DNA of 64,000 bases from Thermococcus sp. JdFR-02 (GCA_002009975.1 MTLP01000028.1:32001-96000), one strand, 5' to 3'; shown: positions 33,497 through 43,783, numbered from the stretch's first letter. The notes: generated by a model not told the origin, from the letters alone. Program-made: numbers and translations.

Positions 33497-34860
33497 AAAC
33501 GCTTATTTTAGCTGGAGGAAAGGGAACTCGATTGTGGCCATTAAGTAGGGAATTAATGCCAAAACAATTTACAAAAATTTTCGACAGTTATTCCCTCTTT
33601 CAAAAGACTGTTGAAAGGGCTTTGCTTTTTTCAAAGCCAAAGGAAATTTATGTTGTGACTAATAAGGAGTATAAGTTTAGAGTTTTAGATGACCTTAGGG
33701 AAATAGGCATAGAGCTTTCTGAGGAAAACATTCTTTTAGAGCCTGTTGGTAAAAACACTCTTCCCGCTATTTATTGGGGAATAAAGACTATTCAAGAGGA
33801 TTATGGAAAATCAAAAGTCGCTGTTTTACCTTCAGATCATTTAATAGATGCTAATGAAAATTATATCGAAGCATTTAGCAATGGAGAAAAACTTGCTGGG
33901 GAACATCTCGTAACATTTGGAATCAAGCCAACGAAACCTCACACAGGGTATGGTTATATAAAACCAGGGAAAGCATTAGAGGGTGGATTTAAAGTTGATG
34001 AATTTAAAGAGAAGCCAGATTTTGAAACGGCTAAGAAATATGTTGAAAAAGGCTACTTTTGGAACAGTGGAATGTTCTTATTTGATAGCGAGCTTTTCAT
34101 AGAAGAAGTGAAAAAATTAGCACCAGAGGTCTACAAGGCATTTGAAGAGTCAAACACCATTGAAGAAGCATATGAGAAAATTCATGATGTTTCTGTTGAT
34201 TATGGAATAATGGAAAAGACAAATAAGGCTGCTGTTGTGCCTTTAGATACTTACTGGAATGACTTGGGAAGTTTTGATGCAATTTATGAAGTTTTCAAGA
34301 AAGATGAAAATGGAAATGCAGTTAAGGGGGAACACATAGGAATTGAGTCCCAAGACAATTTGATAATGACCGAGAGACTGACTGCGACTGTTGGAGTTAA
34401 GGATTTGATAATAATTGATACGGGAGATGCTTTATTGGTTGCTCAAAGGGGAGAGGCACAGAAAGTTAAGAAAGTTTATAATATCCTTAAAGAGAGAAAC
34501 GACCAAAGAGCAATTGTTCACAGAACAGCTTATAGACCTTGGGGAAGTTACACTGTTTTAGAAGATGGAGAAGGATATAAAATAAAGCGTATAACAGTTC
34601 TGCCAAAGCGCAGATTAAGCTTGCAAAGGCACTACCACAGAAGTGAACATTGGGTCGTTGTAAGCGGGACTGCTAGAGTTATAGTTGGTGACAAGGAAAT
34701 CCTCTTGAGACCTGGGGAAAGCACATTTATTCCTGCTGGAGTGAAGCATAGATTAGAGAATCCTGGGTTGATACCTTTGGAGGTTATAGAAGTTCAAATT
34801 GGACAATACTTGGGTGAAGATGACATAGAAAGATTTCAAGATGACTTTGGAAGAGACTGA
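33493..34860 (+). CDS. manC: Mannose-1-phosphate guanylyltransferase/mannose-6-phosphate isomerase
   Basis: LAGGKGTRLWPLSR, WNSG, WNDLGS, RPWG and HYHRSEHW motifs. Confidence 0.95.
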   Translation: MKTLILAGGKGTRLWPLSRELMPKQFTKIFDSYSLFQKTVERALLFSKPKEIYVVTNKEYKFRVLDDLREIGIELSEENILLEPVGKNTLPAIYWGIKTIQEDYGKSKVAVLPSDHLIDANENYIEAFSNGEKLAGEHLVTFGIKPTKPHTGYGYIKPGKALEGGFKVDEFKEKPDFETAKKYVEKGYFWNSGMFLFDSELFIEEVKKLAPEVYKAFEESNTIEEAYEKIHDVSVDYGIMEKTNKAAVVPLDTYWNDLGSFDAIYEVFKKDENGNAVKGEHIGIESQDNLIMTERLTATVGVKDLIIIDTGDALLVAQRGEAQKVKKVYNILKERNDQRAIVHRTAYRPWGSYTVLEDGEGYKIKRITVLPKRRLSLQRHYHRSEHWVVVSGTARVIVGDKEILLRPGESTFIPAGVKHRLENPGLIPLEVIEVQIGQYLGEDDIERFQDDFGRD

Positions 34861-34883
34861 GCTTTAAATGTGAGGTGATTAAA

Positions 34884-36257
34884 ATGGGAAAGCTCTTTGG
34901 AACGTTTGGCGTTAGAGGAATTGCAAACGAAAAAATTACTCCAGAATTTGCATTAAAAATAGGAATGGCATTTGGGACTTTACTAAAGAAAGAGCAACCA
35001 AACAAAGAGCTTTGGGTTGTCGTTGGGAGAGATACGAGAGTTAGCGGTGAAATGCTCAAAAACGCCTTAGTTTCTGGACTTTTAAGCGTTGGAGTTAACG
35101 TTATAGATGTTGGAGTTGCTCCAACACCAGCGATTCAATTTGCGTGTAGATACTTTAACGTAGATGGAGGAGCTGTAATTACAGCATCCCATAATCCTCC
35201 AGAATACAATGGGATTAAGCTTTTAGAATCAAATGGATTGGGCTTAAAAAAGGAGAGGGAAGCAATAGTTGAGGAAATTTACTTTAAGGAAGATTTTGAT
35301 AGAGCAACCTGGGACAAGATTGGTCAGTTAGTTGAGCGCGACATAATAAGACCTTATATTGATGAAATAAAGTCAAGGGTAGATATTGAAGCAATTAAAA
35401 AGAGAAAGCCTTTCATTGTAGTTGATACTTCAAATGGAGCTGGTTCATTAACTTTACCTTATCTTTTGAGAGAGCTTGGATGTAAGGTTGTAAGCGTAAA
35501 TGCTCATCCAGATGGTCACTTCCCTGCAAGAAATCCAGAGCCAAATGAGGAAAATCTCAGAGGATTTATGAAAATGGTGAAAGCGTTAGGGGCAGATTTT
35601 GGTGTTGCTCAAGATGGAGATGCTGATCGTTCAGTGTTTATTGATGAGAACGGGAACTTTGTTCAAGGAGACAAAACTTTTGCTTTGGTTGTTAAAGCAA
35701 TGCTTCAGGAACATGATGGTGGTTTGGTCGTTACAACAATAGCGACTTCTCACATGATTGACGAGATAGCCAGACAATATGGCGGAAAAGTTATGAAAAC
35801 AAAGGTTGGTGACCTAATAGTCTCAAGGGCTTTACTTGAGCACAATGGTTTAGTTGGTGGGGAAGAAAACGGTGGAGTTATCTTCCCAGACTTCGTTTTG
35901 GGAAGGGATGGTGCAATGACCGTGGCAAAGATTGTTGAAATATTTGCAAAGAGCAACAAAAGGTTCAGCGAACTTATTGATGAACTTCCTAAGTTCTATC
36001 AAGTGAAAACAAAGAGGCACATTGAAGGTGATAGAAAAGCAATAGTTGCGAAAGTAGCAGAGATTGCTAAGGAGAGAGGATTAAACATTAACACAACAGA
36101 TGGAACAAAAATACTCTTTGATGATGGTTGGGTTCTCGTCAGGGCGAGCGGAACGGAGCCAATAATAAGGATTTTTGCAGAAGCAAGGAGCGAAGAGAAA
36201 TCCAAAGAGTACTTAGACTTGGGATTAGAACTTTTGGATGAGGCTTTGAAGAGCTAA
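34884..36257 (+). CDS. Phosphomannomutase/phosphoglucomutase (phosphohexomutase)
   Basis: TASHNP, DGDADR, GEENG and RASGTEP motifs. Confidence 0.92.
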   Translation: MGKLFGTFGVRGIANEKITPEFALKIGMAFGTLLKKEQPNKELWVVVGRDTRVSGEMLKNALVSGLLSVGVNVIDVGVAPTPAIQFACRYFNVDGGAVITASHNPPEYNGIKLLESNGLGLKKEREAIVEEIYFKEDFDRATWDKIGQLVERDIIRPYIDEIKSRVDIEAIKKRKPFIVVDTSNGAGSLTLPYLLRELGCKVVSVNAHPDGHFPARNPEPNEENLRGFMKMVKALGADFGVAQDGDADRSVFIDENGNFVQGDKTFALVVKAMLQEHDGGLVVTTIATSHMIDEIARQYGGKVMKTKVGDLIVSRALLEHNGLVGGEENGGVIFPDFVLGRDGAMTVAKIVEIFAKSNKRFSELIDELPKFYQVKTKRHIEGDRKAIVAKVAEIAKERGLNINTTDGTKILFDDGWVLVRASGTEPIIRIFAEARSEEKSKEYLDLGLELLDEALKS

Positions 36258-36346
36258 TTTTAATTTTTGTCCTTTTAATTCTTAACCAAAAACTTTTAGA
36301 GTATATATTCGAATCTTTTTTCATATATTGTGGAGGAGGGAATTCA

Positions 36347-36829
36347 ATGAATGTGACTACTGTATTTATAAATGCTTTAGCTGCTGTATGCCTGGTTTTT
36401 GCTTTAATAAAGGACACGACAAAGACAAAACAAGCACTAAAGATAGCAATAATATCATTCTTCAGAATCTTCCCCACTGTTCTTGCCATAATAATCATTA
36501 TAGGCTTGCTTTCTGGTTTTGTGCCGGAAAGTCAAATTTCTAAGATTGTCGGTGAAAATGCAGGGTTTAGAGGAGTGCTTACTGTTGCATTTTTGGGAGC
36601 AATACTCCATATCCCTTCGTTGATATCCTTCCCGTTGGCGGCATCTCTCCTTGAAAAAGGGGCTTCGATTACCTCAGTTGCTGTCTTTATAACTACACTG
36701 ACAATGATTGGGATGGTCACTTTACCTCTTGAAATAAGGATATTGGGGAAAAAGCTGGCGTTGCTTAGAAATGGGTTGAGCTTTATCATTGCAATTATCA
36801 TTGGGCTTATCATAGGGGTGATATTATGA
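36347..36829 (+). CDS. Permease subunit (DUF318/ArsP-like), first half
   Basis: Hydrophobic with FPLAASLLEKGAS. Coupled by ATGA overlap to the paralogous next gene. Confidence 0.7.
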   Translation: MNVTTVFINALAAVCLVFALIKDTTKTKQALKIAIISFFRIFPTVLAIIIIIGLLSGFVPESQISKIVGENAGFRGVLTVAFLGAILHIPSLISFPLAASLLEKGASITSVAVFITTLTMIGMVTLPLEIRILGKKLALLRNGLSFIIAIIIGLIIGVIL

Positions 36830-37380
36830 AAAAGATGTCAAAAGAAAAACAGAAAAAGGGACTCGTAAAAGATATGCTCTTTTTAGGGATTATATTAGCG
36901 ATTGCAATAATTTTGTTATTGATATTCCCTGAAAAGAAAGAACTTGTAATTTCATCTTCAAAAGGGTTCTTTATGGAAATGATTCTGATACTGCCCGCCG
37001 TGATGATACTGATGGGACTTTTTGCGGTGTTTGTTCCAAATGATGTTATTGTGAAGTATTTGGGAAGAAGTTCTGGAATAAAGGGCATATTCCTTGCTAT
37101 ACTCATGGGAGCATTTCCTACAGGCCCCCTTTATGTTGCTTTTCCCATAGCCGCGGCTTTACTTAAAAAAGGTGCTCGCATTTCTAATATCATTGCCTTT
37201 CTTTCAGCATGGGCATGTATCAAGATTCCTCAAGAGCTAGTGGAGCTTCAATTCCTTGGACTGAAGTTCATGATAACGAGACTCCTTTTAACTATACTCT
37301 TTGTAATTGTCATGGGAATAGTGATAGAACAAATAGTTTTATTGAGCGAAAAGACAACTAAACATGAACAAACCTCATGA
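36826..37380 (+). CDS. Permease subunit (DUF318/ArsP-like), second half
   Basis: GPLYVAFPIAAALLKKGA and FLSAWACIKIP motifs. Confidence 0.72.
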   Translation: MKKMSKEKQKKGLVKDMLFLGIILAIAIILLLIFPEKKELVISSSKGFFMEMILILPAVMILMGLFAVFVPNDVIVKYLGRSSGIKGIFLAILMGAFPTGPLYVAFPIAAALLKKGARISNIIAFLSAWACIKIPQELVELQFLGLKFMITRLLLTILFVIVMGIVIEQIVLLSEKTTKHEQTS

Positions 37381-37420
37381 AGATGCTGCTACTTCCTCTT
37401 TATAAAGAAAGTTTGCCTGT

Positions 37421-37439
37421 GGGGGAGAGAAACTCCCCC
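37421..37439. terminator. GC-rich hairpin between convergent genes
   Basis: GGGGGAG-AGAAA-CTCCCCC forms a perfect 7-bp stem. Confidence 0.45.
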
Positions 37440-37448
37440 GTTCATATC

Positions 37449-37919
37449 TCAACCGAAGAAGGCTCCCATCATATCCATTTGCTCTTCGCTAAATGCTTTG
37501 ACCTTAAATTCGGGCATTTTGTCTAGGAGTTCCCCATATTTTGTTGCTTCAATCTTCTCAACCTCTTCTCCCTTAACGTGAAACGCTTTTGTTATTCCCT
37601 CACTTTTGTAGGCGATTAAGAATTCCTCGCTTTCAATGTCTCCAGCTTTAACAAAAATAACGTTCCCACCTGTATACGGTTTTTTACACTTAAATGGGAA
37701 GCTTGCTGAATTTAGCATGGCATCTCCAAGAGCCATGTTTGCTTTTTTACCATTGATCTCTGTCCAGAACTTTAACCCTTCAAAGTCACCTTCAACTACG
37801 ATCAAGAACTTTTCACCATCAAGTTCTGCAATTGGAGCTCCTTTTTTCTCTAAAAGTTCAAATAGCTGTTCAATTGTTTCAGCATTTCTTAGGCTTGCAA
37901 CAAATCCCTCAACTTTCAT
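37449..37919 (-). CDS. Hypothetical protein, last gene of the Ni/Co ECF run
   Basis: 156-aa ORF with GGAGG RBS, 27 bp after the ATPase stop. Confidence 0.75.
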   Translation of the reverse strand: MKVEGFVASLRNAETIEQLFELLEKKGAPIAELDGEKFLIVVEGDFEGLKFWTEINGKKANMALGDAMLNSASFPFKCKKPYTGGNVIFVKAGDIESEEFLIAYKSEGITKAFHVKGEEVEKIEATKYGELLDKMPEFKVKAFSEEQMDMMGAFFG

Positions 37920-37946
37920 ATCAAATCCTCCTAATGTTACTAAGCT

Positions 37947-38747
37947 TCACTTTGAATTCTGACTTAAAAAGTTGCCGATGCTTTTCTTTGCTTCTTCCAA
38001 ATCCTTTGGCACTTCTAAACCCAAACTTAAGAAAAGCTCAATTAGAGGAGGAACGTCTAAGTTATGCTTCCTTAAAAGCTTTACATCACTTAGAACTTGT
38101 TTTGGAGTTCCAACTTTAACAATCTTCCCCTCGTCTATTAGGGCTATTCTATCACAGAGCGTTAGATATTCAACCTCATGGGAAGCTAAAATTATAGTTT
38201 TCTCTCCTTTTAATTTTTCAATGATGTTCCTTATCATTTGCTTACCTTTGAAGTCAAGGTTTGCAAAAGGTTCATCAAAAACTAAAATCCCTGGCTTCAT
38301 AGCCAAAACAGTTGCTATTGCAATCCTCTTCTTTTCGCCAAAGCTTAAATGTTTTATTTCTCTGTGGATATAACTCTCCATTCCAATGAGTTTTAAAGCT
38401 TCAAGAACTCTCTCTTTGAGATCTTCTCCTCTTAATCCGAGATTGTAAGGACCAAATGCAACATCCTCAAAGACTGTTGGAGAAAAAAGCTGATCATTTG
38501 GATCTTGAAAAACAATTCCAACTTTTCTTCTAACTTCTTTTGAATTTTTGCTTGCATCTAGCCCATCTACAATAACTGTCCCTCTCTTTGGCTTTAAGAG
38601 TCCATTTAAATGTAAAAGGAGAGTTGATTTTCCTGCTCCATTTGGTCCTAAAAGACCAAAAACTTCTCCCTTTCTAATTTTTAAATTGATACCTTTTAGA
38701 ATCTCGCTCTCTCCATACGAAAAATGCAAATCCTTGATTTCAATCAT
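37947..38747 (-). CDS. cbiO: ECF transporter ATPase CbiO/NikO
   Basis: GPNGAGKST, VFQDPNDQ, LSFGEKKR and DEP motifs. Confidence 0.92.
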   Translation of the reverse strand: MIEIKDLHFSYGESEILKGINLKIRKGEVFGLLGPNGAGKSTLLLHLNGLLKPKRGTVIVDGLDASKNSKEVRRKVGIVFQDPNDQLFSPTVFEDVAFGPYNLGLRGEDLKERVLEALKLIGMESYIHREIKHLSFGEKKRIAIATVLAMKPGILVFDEPFANLDFKGKQMIRNIIEKLKGEKTIILASHEVEYLTLCDRIALIDEGKIVKVGTPKQVLSDVKLLRKHNLDVPPLIELFLSLGLEVPKDLEEAKKSIGNFLSQNSK

Positions 38748-39400
38748 AGCAATACACCCAAGAGAACAATCATTGTTAGAGCGATTGGGATTATATCTTT
38801 CTTTGTTTCAAACTTGGGAAATTCTCCAAAACCCCTTGAAAGCATGGACATATAAATTTTTTCGTTTCTCAAATAGGCTCTTGCAAATATTTCTCCAATT
38901 AAAGCACCGAGTTTCTTATAATATTCAAGCTTTCCAATTCCAAATGCCCTTGAGTCTAAGGCGCGCTTCATTCTGAGTGCTTCATCTTTAAACAAATCTA
39001 GATAACGATAAGTGAAAGCCAATGTTAGAACTAAAATTCTCGGAAATTTTAGGGTTTCCATCTCGGCTAAAATTTTTGAAAAACCTAAGGAATTTGAAAC
39101 CAATACAACAACTGAAGAAGAAAGGAAAGCTCTTCCAAGTAAGAGAAAGAATGAGTAAATTCCCTCTTTTGTGATTGCACCTATTGGAGTTACCAGAATA
39201 ACCTCCCCCGGATTAAAAAGTGCCAATATAAACAGAAATCCTTCAAAGCCTAAGAGAAATCCTAAATGCTTAAAGATACTTTTCTTTGGCTTAAGCATGA
39301 GAATTAAGCAACCTAAAACTACTCCAAAATAAGCCAACTCTATCAAGCTCTTTCTTGTGACAACAAGAAGGGCATAAATTAAAAGAAATGGGAGATACAA
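38744..39400 (-). CDS. cbiQ: ECF transporter T component CbiQ/NikQ
   Basis: FTYRYL, ALDSRA and MLSRGF Arg motifs. Confidence 0.88.
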   Translation of the reverse strand: MYLPFLLIYALLVVTRKSLIELAYFGVVLGCLILMLKPKKSIFKHLGFLLGFEGFLFILALFNPGEVILVTPIGAITKEGIYSFFLLLGRAFLSSSVVVLVSNSLGFSKILAEMETLKFPRILVLTLAFTYRYLDLFKDEALRMKRALDSRAFGIGKLEYYKKLGALIGEIFARAYLRNEKIYMSMLSRGFGEFPKFETKKDIIPIALTMIVLLGVLL

Positions 39401-39402
39401 AG

Positions 39403-39651
39403 CTAAGCCCCCTTTGTTAACTTAGCTAATCCATAACTAACTCCAAAGACTAAGATAATGCCTATTACTCCCATAACCAAACTTTGTCCCCAAGTTTCAC
39501 CATAGTCAAGAGGAGCTTCATAAATAGGGTTTTCCTCTAAGCCTACTTTCTCCATGGTTGCCTCTAATCCATCAGGATTTTCAGAGGCAAAAGGTAGAGC
39601 AATTGCTAAGAGCACTATGATTACAATCAAACCTTTAATTATGGTTCTCAT
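39403..39651 (-). CDS. PDGLE-domain protein (NikN-like)
   Basis: ASENPDGLE motif and two TM segments. Confidence 0.9.
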   Translation of the reverse strand: MRTIIKGLIVIIVLLAIALPFASENPDGLEATMEKVGLEENPIYEAPLDYGETWGQSLVMGVIGIILVFGVSYGLAKLTKGA

Positions 39652-40262
39652 GCAGGAACACCCCCTATTTCTGGGAGTTTTGTCTTAACAGCTTTGATTA
39701 TGAAGAGTGTTAGTATTGCTTCTCCAATTCCAATTATAACGTGATATCCAATCATTAATGTCAAGACCTTCATAAATGGCAGACTTTTGCTTAAACCAAT
39801 TTCAATTGCAGTTAGCGTTGCTCCCACAACAACTGAAAGCCAAGAGGCGAATCCTATTGCTATCACCTCGTTCATGTCTTTCAGTTTTGAATAGGTAGCA
39901 TAACCGAGGGATGCTCCTACGATACCCATGTTCAAGATATTTGCACCCATTGCAGTTATTCCACCATCTCCAAAGAGTAAAGTTTGGATTATCAAAACTG
40001 CCGTCATTACAAGAATCGCGGCATATGGACCTAAGAGAATTGCCACCAACGTTGCTCCCAATAAATGACCGCTAACTCCCCCAATTATTGGAAAGTTTAC
40101 CATCTGTGCTGCGAATACTCCCGCTGCAAAAAGACCTAAGAGAGGTATTTTGTCTTCCGGGAAATTTTTAAGCTTTCTTAATGAATAAACAATTCCCATT
40201 ATAGTAATTGCATACGTTATGATGATCATGGGCATGCTTAACAATCCATCTGGAATGTGCAA
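39648..40262 (-). CDS. cbiM: ECF S component CbiM/NikM
   Basis: A TTG start at 40262 gives the metal-binding MHIPDG N-terminus after GGAGGTGA. SGHLLG and GDGG motifs present. Confidence 0.92.
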   Translation of the reverse strand: MHIPDGLLSMPMIIITYAITIMGIVYSLRKLKNFPEDKIPLLGLFAAGVFAAQMVNFPIIGGVSGHLLGATLVAILLGPYAAILVMTAVLIIQTLLFGDGGITAMGANILNMGIVGASLGYATYSKLKDMNEVIAIGFASWLSVVVGATLTAIEIGLSKSLPFMKVLTLMIGYHVIIGIGEAILTLFIIKAVKTKLPEIGGVPA

Positions 40263-40287
40263 ATTTTTCACCTCCTTTTATCAAATG

Positions 40288-40315
40288 ATGTTATCAAAGG
40301 CATGATTAGTAACAC
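40288..40315. promoter_or_regulatory. Putative NikR operator
   Basis: ATGTTA-N16-TAACAC dyad between the TATA-like TTTTATTT (minus strand) and the nikM RBS. Confidence 0.72.
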
Positions 40316-40421
40316 TAAATAAAAGTCTTTCTAAAACTGTCTTTTGGAAACCAAAGGTTTAAAGAGGTCTTAGTTTTTTCTCAACAATAAAGAAAGAGAT
40401 AAAAACTTAAATGTCATTATT

Positions 40422-41057
40422 TTGTTGGTGGTTGAAATTAATCGCTGGAAGCAGATTTTAAATTTATGCCGCTTCATAGTGTTTTTAGGTATAATAAGTG
40501 GGTTTATGTATATGAGAATTGATCACATTTATAGGAGTATTACAGCTTTCATCGGGCTTTTAATTCCAGAATTCTTCCAAAGAAAAGTTAATCCGCCAGA
40601 AAAACTAAGACCTTTCTTAAAACCTCTTTATAATGACAGCACAATGGCAATTTTGGGGATTTTTATAGCAATCCATGTCTCTCTTGTGAACGTTCCCTTT
40701 ACAACTATTGATCTTTTTCATAGAGAATGGACCGATGCAGACATGATAAGCCACTTTTTGGGAGGTTTAACTGTTTGGCTAATTTTAGCAGAAATCTTAA
40801 ACGAGTTTTCGAAGGTTTATGGCTTTACTCAAAGGCAAGTTATAATTTATGCATTTGCTCTCCTGTTTGTCCTTAGTATAGGATGGGAGATTGCAGAAAA
40901 GTTAAGTGAAAGCGGAATATCTTTTATAAAGGAAAGCATTGGAAATAAGTTCAGAGACTTAATTATGAACACATTGGGGGCTTTATTAGGTTGTTTTTTA
41001 GTTATTAGAAGAGGACTTCCTTTTGAGTTAACAACGAAAATCTCTTATAATCATTGA
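40422..41057 (+). CDS. Hypothetical membrane protein (DxxxH...WE..E...D, VanZ/DUF2238-like)
   Basis: Several TM segments with DMISHFLGG, WEIAE and DLIMNTLGA motifs. Confidence 0.65.
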   Translation: MLVVEINRWKQILNLCRFIVFLGIISGFMYMRIDHIYRSITAFIGLLIPEFFQRKVNPPEKLRPFLKPLYNDSTMAILGIFIAIHVSLVNVPFTTIDLFHREWTDADMISHFLGGLTVWLILAEILNEFSKVYGFTQRQVIIYAFALLFVLSIGWEIAEKLSESGISFIKESIGNKFRDLIMNTLGALLGCFLVIRRGLPFELTTKISYNH

Positions 41058-41073
41058 CCTTAGTTGAGGTGTC

Positions 41074-42795
41074 ATGAAAAAGGAGAGCGAGAGATATATC
41101 CGGAGATGGATCATAGTTTTGAGCTTTTCCATCATTGCTGGCATAGTTGGAGGTTTAGGAGCTTTAGCATTTAGAGGAACAATTATTTTAGCTCAAAGGT
41201 TTTTCTTTGGTTTCCTTCTTCCAAAGGTGTCTTTAAATGTTAACGGCTTAAACTTGGGTTATATTCTCTTGCCAGCTTTGGGTGGTCTTTTAGTTGCTCC
41301 TTTAATAAAAAAGGCACCGGAGATTAAGGGAAATGGTGTCCCAGAGATCATTGAAGCTGTTATATTTAAAGGTGGTATGATTAAAAGGGAATTGACTTTC
41401 TTGAAGATAGTTGCAACATCAATAACAATTGGCTCTGGGGGAAGTGCTGGTAGGGAAGGTCCCATAGGATTTATAGGTGCTTCTTTAGCCTCAACCTTAG
41501 CTCAAGCCTTTAAGCTTTCAAAGGAAATGAGGAAGCTTTTAACCACCTGTGGACTAGCAGCGGGAATAGCGGGTATTTTTAACACACCCTTGGCTGGGGC
41601 TATGTTTGCTTTAGAAGTAATTTACAATGGGGCATTTTCAATAAACATAGTCCCAATACTTCTCTCAGCAATTGTTGGAAATTCCGTAACCCTTTTTGTT
41701 TTGGGAGATGCCTTTGAGCTTTCTATCCCCCCAAACTTATCAATAAATCACAGAGAACTCGTGCTCTTTTTCTTAATGGGATTGTTTTTTGGAGTGTTAG
41801 CGGCTTTCCTTGTAAAATCTTTTTACATGTTAATAGATAAGTTTGAAAACTTAAACCTTCCATTTCTATTAAAACCTGCTTTGGGTGGTTTATTTGTTGG
41901 ATTTATTGGGATGTTTTTCCCCCATTATGGAATTTTTGGGATTGGGTATGAGGGTATGAGGTTAGCCATTAATGGACTCTTGCCTTTAAAGCTCCTAATC
42001 CTCCTCGGCATAGCAAAGATTTTAGCAACATCCTTAACCCTATCATCTGGTCATAGTGGTGGAATATTTGCTCCAAGTTTATATATTGGAACAATGATAG
42101 GAGCAGCTTTTGGAGTTTTCTTTAAAATTCTCTTCCCAGAATTTGTGAGCAGTGAAGCTGTTTATGCATTATCTGGAATGGCTGCTTTGTTTAGTGGTGT
42201 TACTCAAGCGCCTATAACTCAAATATTAATGATAGCTGAACTAACTAGGAGCTACGCTATTTTACCAGCTGTCATGAGTTCATCGGTAATAAGCTTCTTA
42301 GTAGCAAGGTATTTTCTTAAAGGTTCTTCAGTTTATACTTTAAAGCTTGAAAGGAAGGGACTTCGTGTAAAGGCTGGAAGACCAGCAATTCTTTCAACGA
42401 TAACTGTTGAGGAAATCATGACAAAAAATCCAGTGTTTCTGAATATCTCAGACACAATCTCTGATGTTGAACACCTAATAGCCAAAACTGGGCATGATTA
42501 TTATCCTGTAGTAGATGAAGAGCTTAGAGTCGTGGGGATAATTGGAATAAGAGATTTAATAAAGTGCTCTCCAGACGCTAAGCTTTTACCAATACGTGAG
42601 TTTTTAGATAACAATACTTTTGTCACAATTTATCCAAGCGAAACAGCACAAGACGCTTTGGATAAAATGATAAAATGCAATTTGAATCTTATTCCAGTGA
42701 TTAATAAAGAAGACAAGAGGCTTATTGGAGTTGTAACGAAGAGTGATATTTACAAAGCATATTATCTAAGTGTCGAAAGGGAGTATATTGAATAA
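41074..42795 (+). CDS. CLC chloride channel/antiporter with CBS pair
   Basis: GNGVPE, GREGP and GGIFAP motifs, plus C-terminal CBS domains. Confidence 0.93.
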   Translation: MKKESERYIRRWIIVLSFSIIAGIVGGLGALAFRGTIILAQRFFFGFLLPKVSLNVNGLNLGYILLPALGGLLVAPLIKKAPEIKGNGVPEIIEAVIFKGGMIKRELTFLKIVATSITIGSGGSAGREGPIGFIGASLASTLAQAFKLSKEMRKLLTTCGLAAGIAGIFNTPLAGAMFALEVIYNGAFSINIVPILLSAIVGNSVTLFVLGDAFELSIPPNLSINHRELVLFFLMGLFFGVLAAFLVKSFYMLIDKFENLNLPFLLKPALGGLFVGFIGMFFPHYGIFGIGYEGMRLAINGLLPLKLLILLGIAKILATSLTLSSGHSGGIFAPSLYIGTMIGAAFGVFFKILFPEFVSSEAVYALSGMAALFSGVTQAPITQILMIAELTRSYAILPAVMSSSVISFLVARYFLKGSSVYTLKLERKGLRVKAGRPAILSTITVEEIMTKNPVFLNISDTISDVEHLIAKTGHDYYPVVDEELRVVGIIGIRDLIKCSPDAKLLPIREFLDNNTFVTIYPSETAQDALDKMIKCNLNLIPVINKEDKRLIGVVTKSDIYKAYYLSVEREYIE

Positions 42796-42803
42796 AAGAA
42801 AAT

Positions 42804-43667
42804 TTATCCTAGCTTTGCTTTCATTCCAATGAGATAGAAAAGCAATTTTGCTCCAGTTAAAGCGGTTATATCACCAAGTTCTGTTCCAGCAACTTCCATT
42901 ATGTCAATTCCAGCAATTTTCTTATTTTTGATAAGCCATTCTAAAGCTTCAATTACTTCCCAAAAGCTTAAACCTCCAGCTTCTGGTGTTCCAGTACTTG
43001 GAACCATTGAAAGGTCGAAGACATCTATATCAATTGACAAGTAGATAGGCTCTGGGAGGTCTTTAACTATTTCAATAAACTTGCCAACATTGTAATCTCT
43101 TGCATGAATCCAGTGAATCTTTTTCTCTTTGGCGTATTCAACTTCTTCTTTTATACCGCTCCTAATTCCAAATTCTGCTATTTCAATTCCAAGCTCTGAA
43201 ACTCTCCTCGCTATACAAGCATGATCCCATTTTTCCTCTTGATATGTATCCCTTAAATCTAAATGGGCATCAAAAACGACGTAGCTCTTTGGATTTAGAG
43301 CTTTAACTGGTGGATAAGTCATTAAGTGCTCCCCACCCAAGATTATAGGTAAAGCGTTTGGATTGGCTTCTTTTAACTCTTCAACCGTTGCAATTCCCCT
43401 CTTTATAGTTTCTAGCGGATTTCCTGCAACGATATCTAAGTCTCCAATGTCTGCTATTTTTAAATCAGCTAAATCAACATCATAGTCTAAAATATAGCTC
43501 TCCAAATTTATCGTTGCTTGCCTTATTAGCGTTGGTCCAAATCTTGCTCCAGGTTTATATGAAGTAGTTGAATCAAAAGGAATACCTAAAATGACGAAGT
43601 CAGCTTTTTCAACATCTACTAATGGCAATGCAGTTTTTATGGTTTCGTATGTGTAGAAGAATTCCAT
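42804..43667 (-). CDS. speB: Agmatinase / N1-aminopropylagmatine ureohydrolase
   Basis: GGEH, DAHLD, SIDIDVFD and TGTPEAGG motifs. Confidence 0.93.
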   Translation of the reverse strand: MEFFYTYETIKTALPLVDVEKADFVILGIPFDSTTSYKPGARFGPTLIRQATINLESYILDYDVDLADLKIADIGDLDIVAGNPLETIKRGIATVEELKEANPNALPIILGGEHLMTYPPVKALNPKSYVVFDAHLDLRDTYQEEKWDHACIARRVSELGIEIAEFGIRSGIKEEVEYAKEKKIHWIHARDYNVGKFIEIVKDLPEPIYLSIDIDVFDLSMVPSTGTPEAGGLSFWEVIEALEWLIKNKKIAGIDIMEVAGTELGDITALTGAKLLFYLIGMKAKLG

Positions 43668-43783
43668 TCTCACCACCTAAAGAGGATTTGGTATTTAAGT
43701 TATAAGATTTACGAGATTGTTGTTTTTCAAATGTCCATATATGAACAACTGTGAACTTTCCCATAACATTTATATATTTCTTC

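Noticed and set aside
37421-37439. Hairpin with a GAAA-containing loop as an archaeal SECIS
   Set aside because: No in-frame UGA read-through candidate is evident upstream, and Thermococcales are not known to use selenocysteine.
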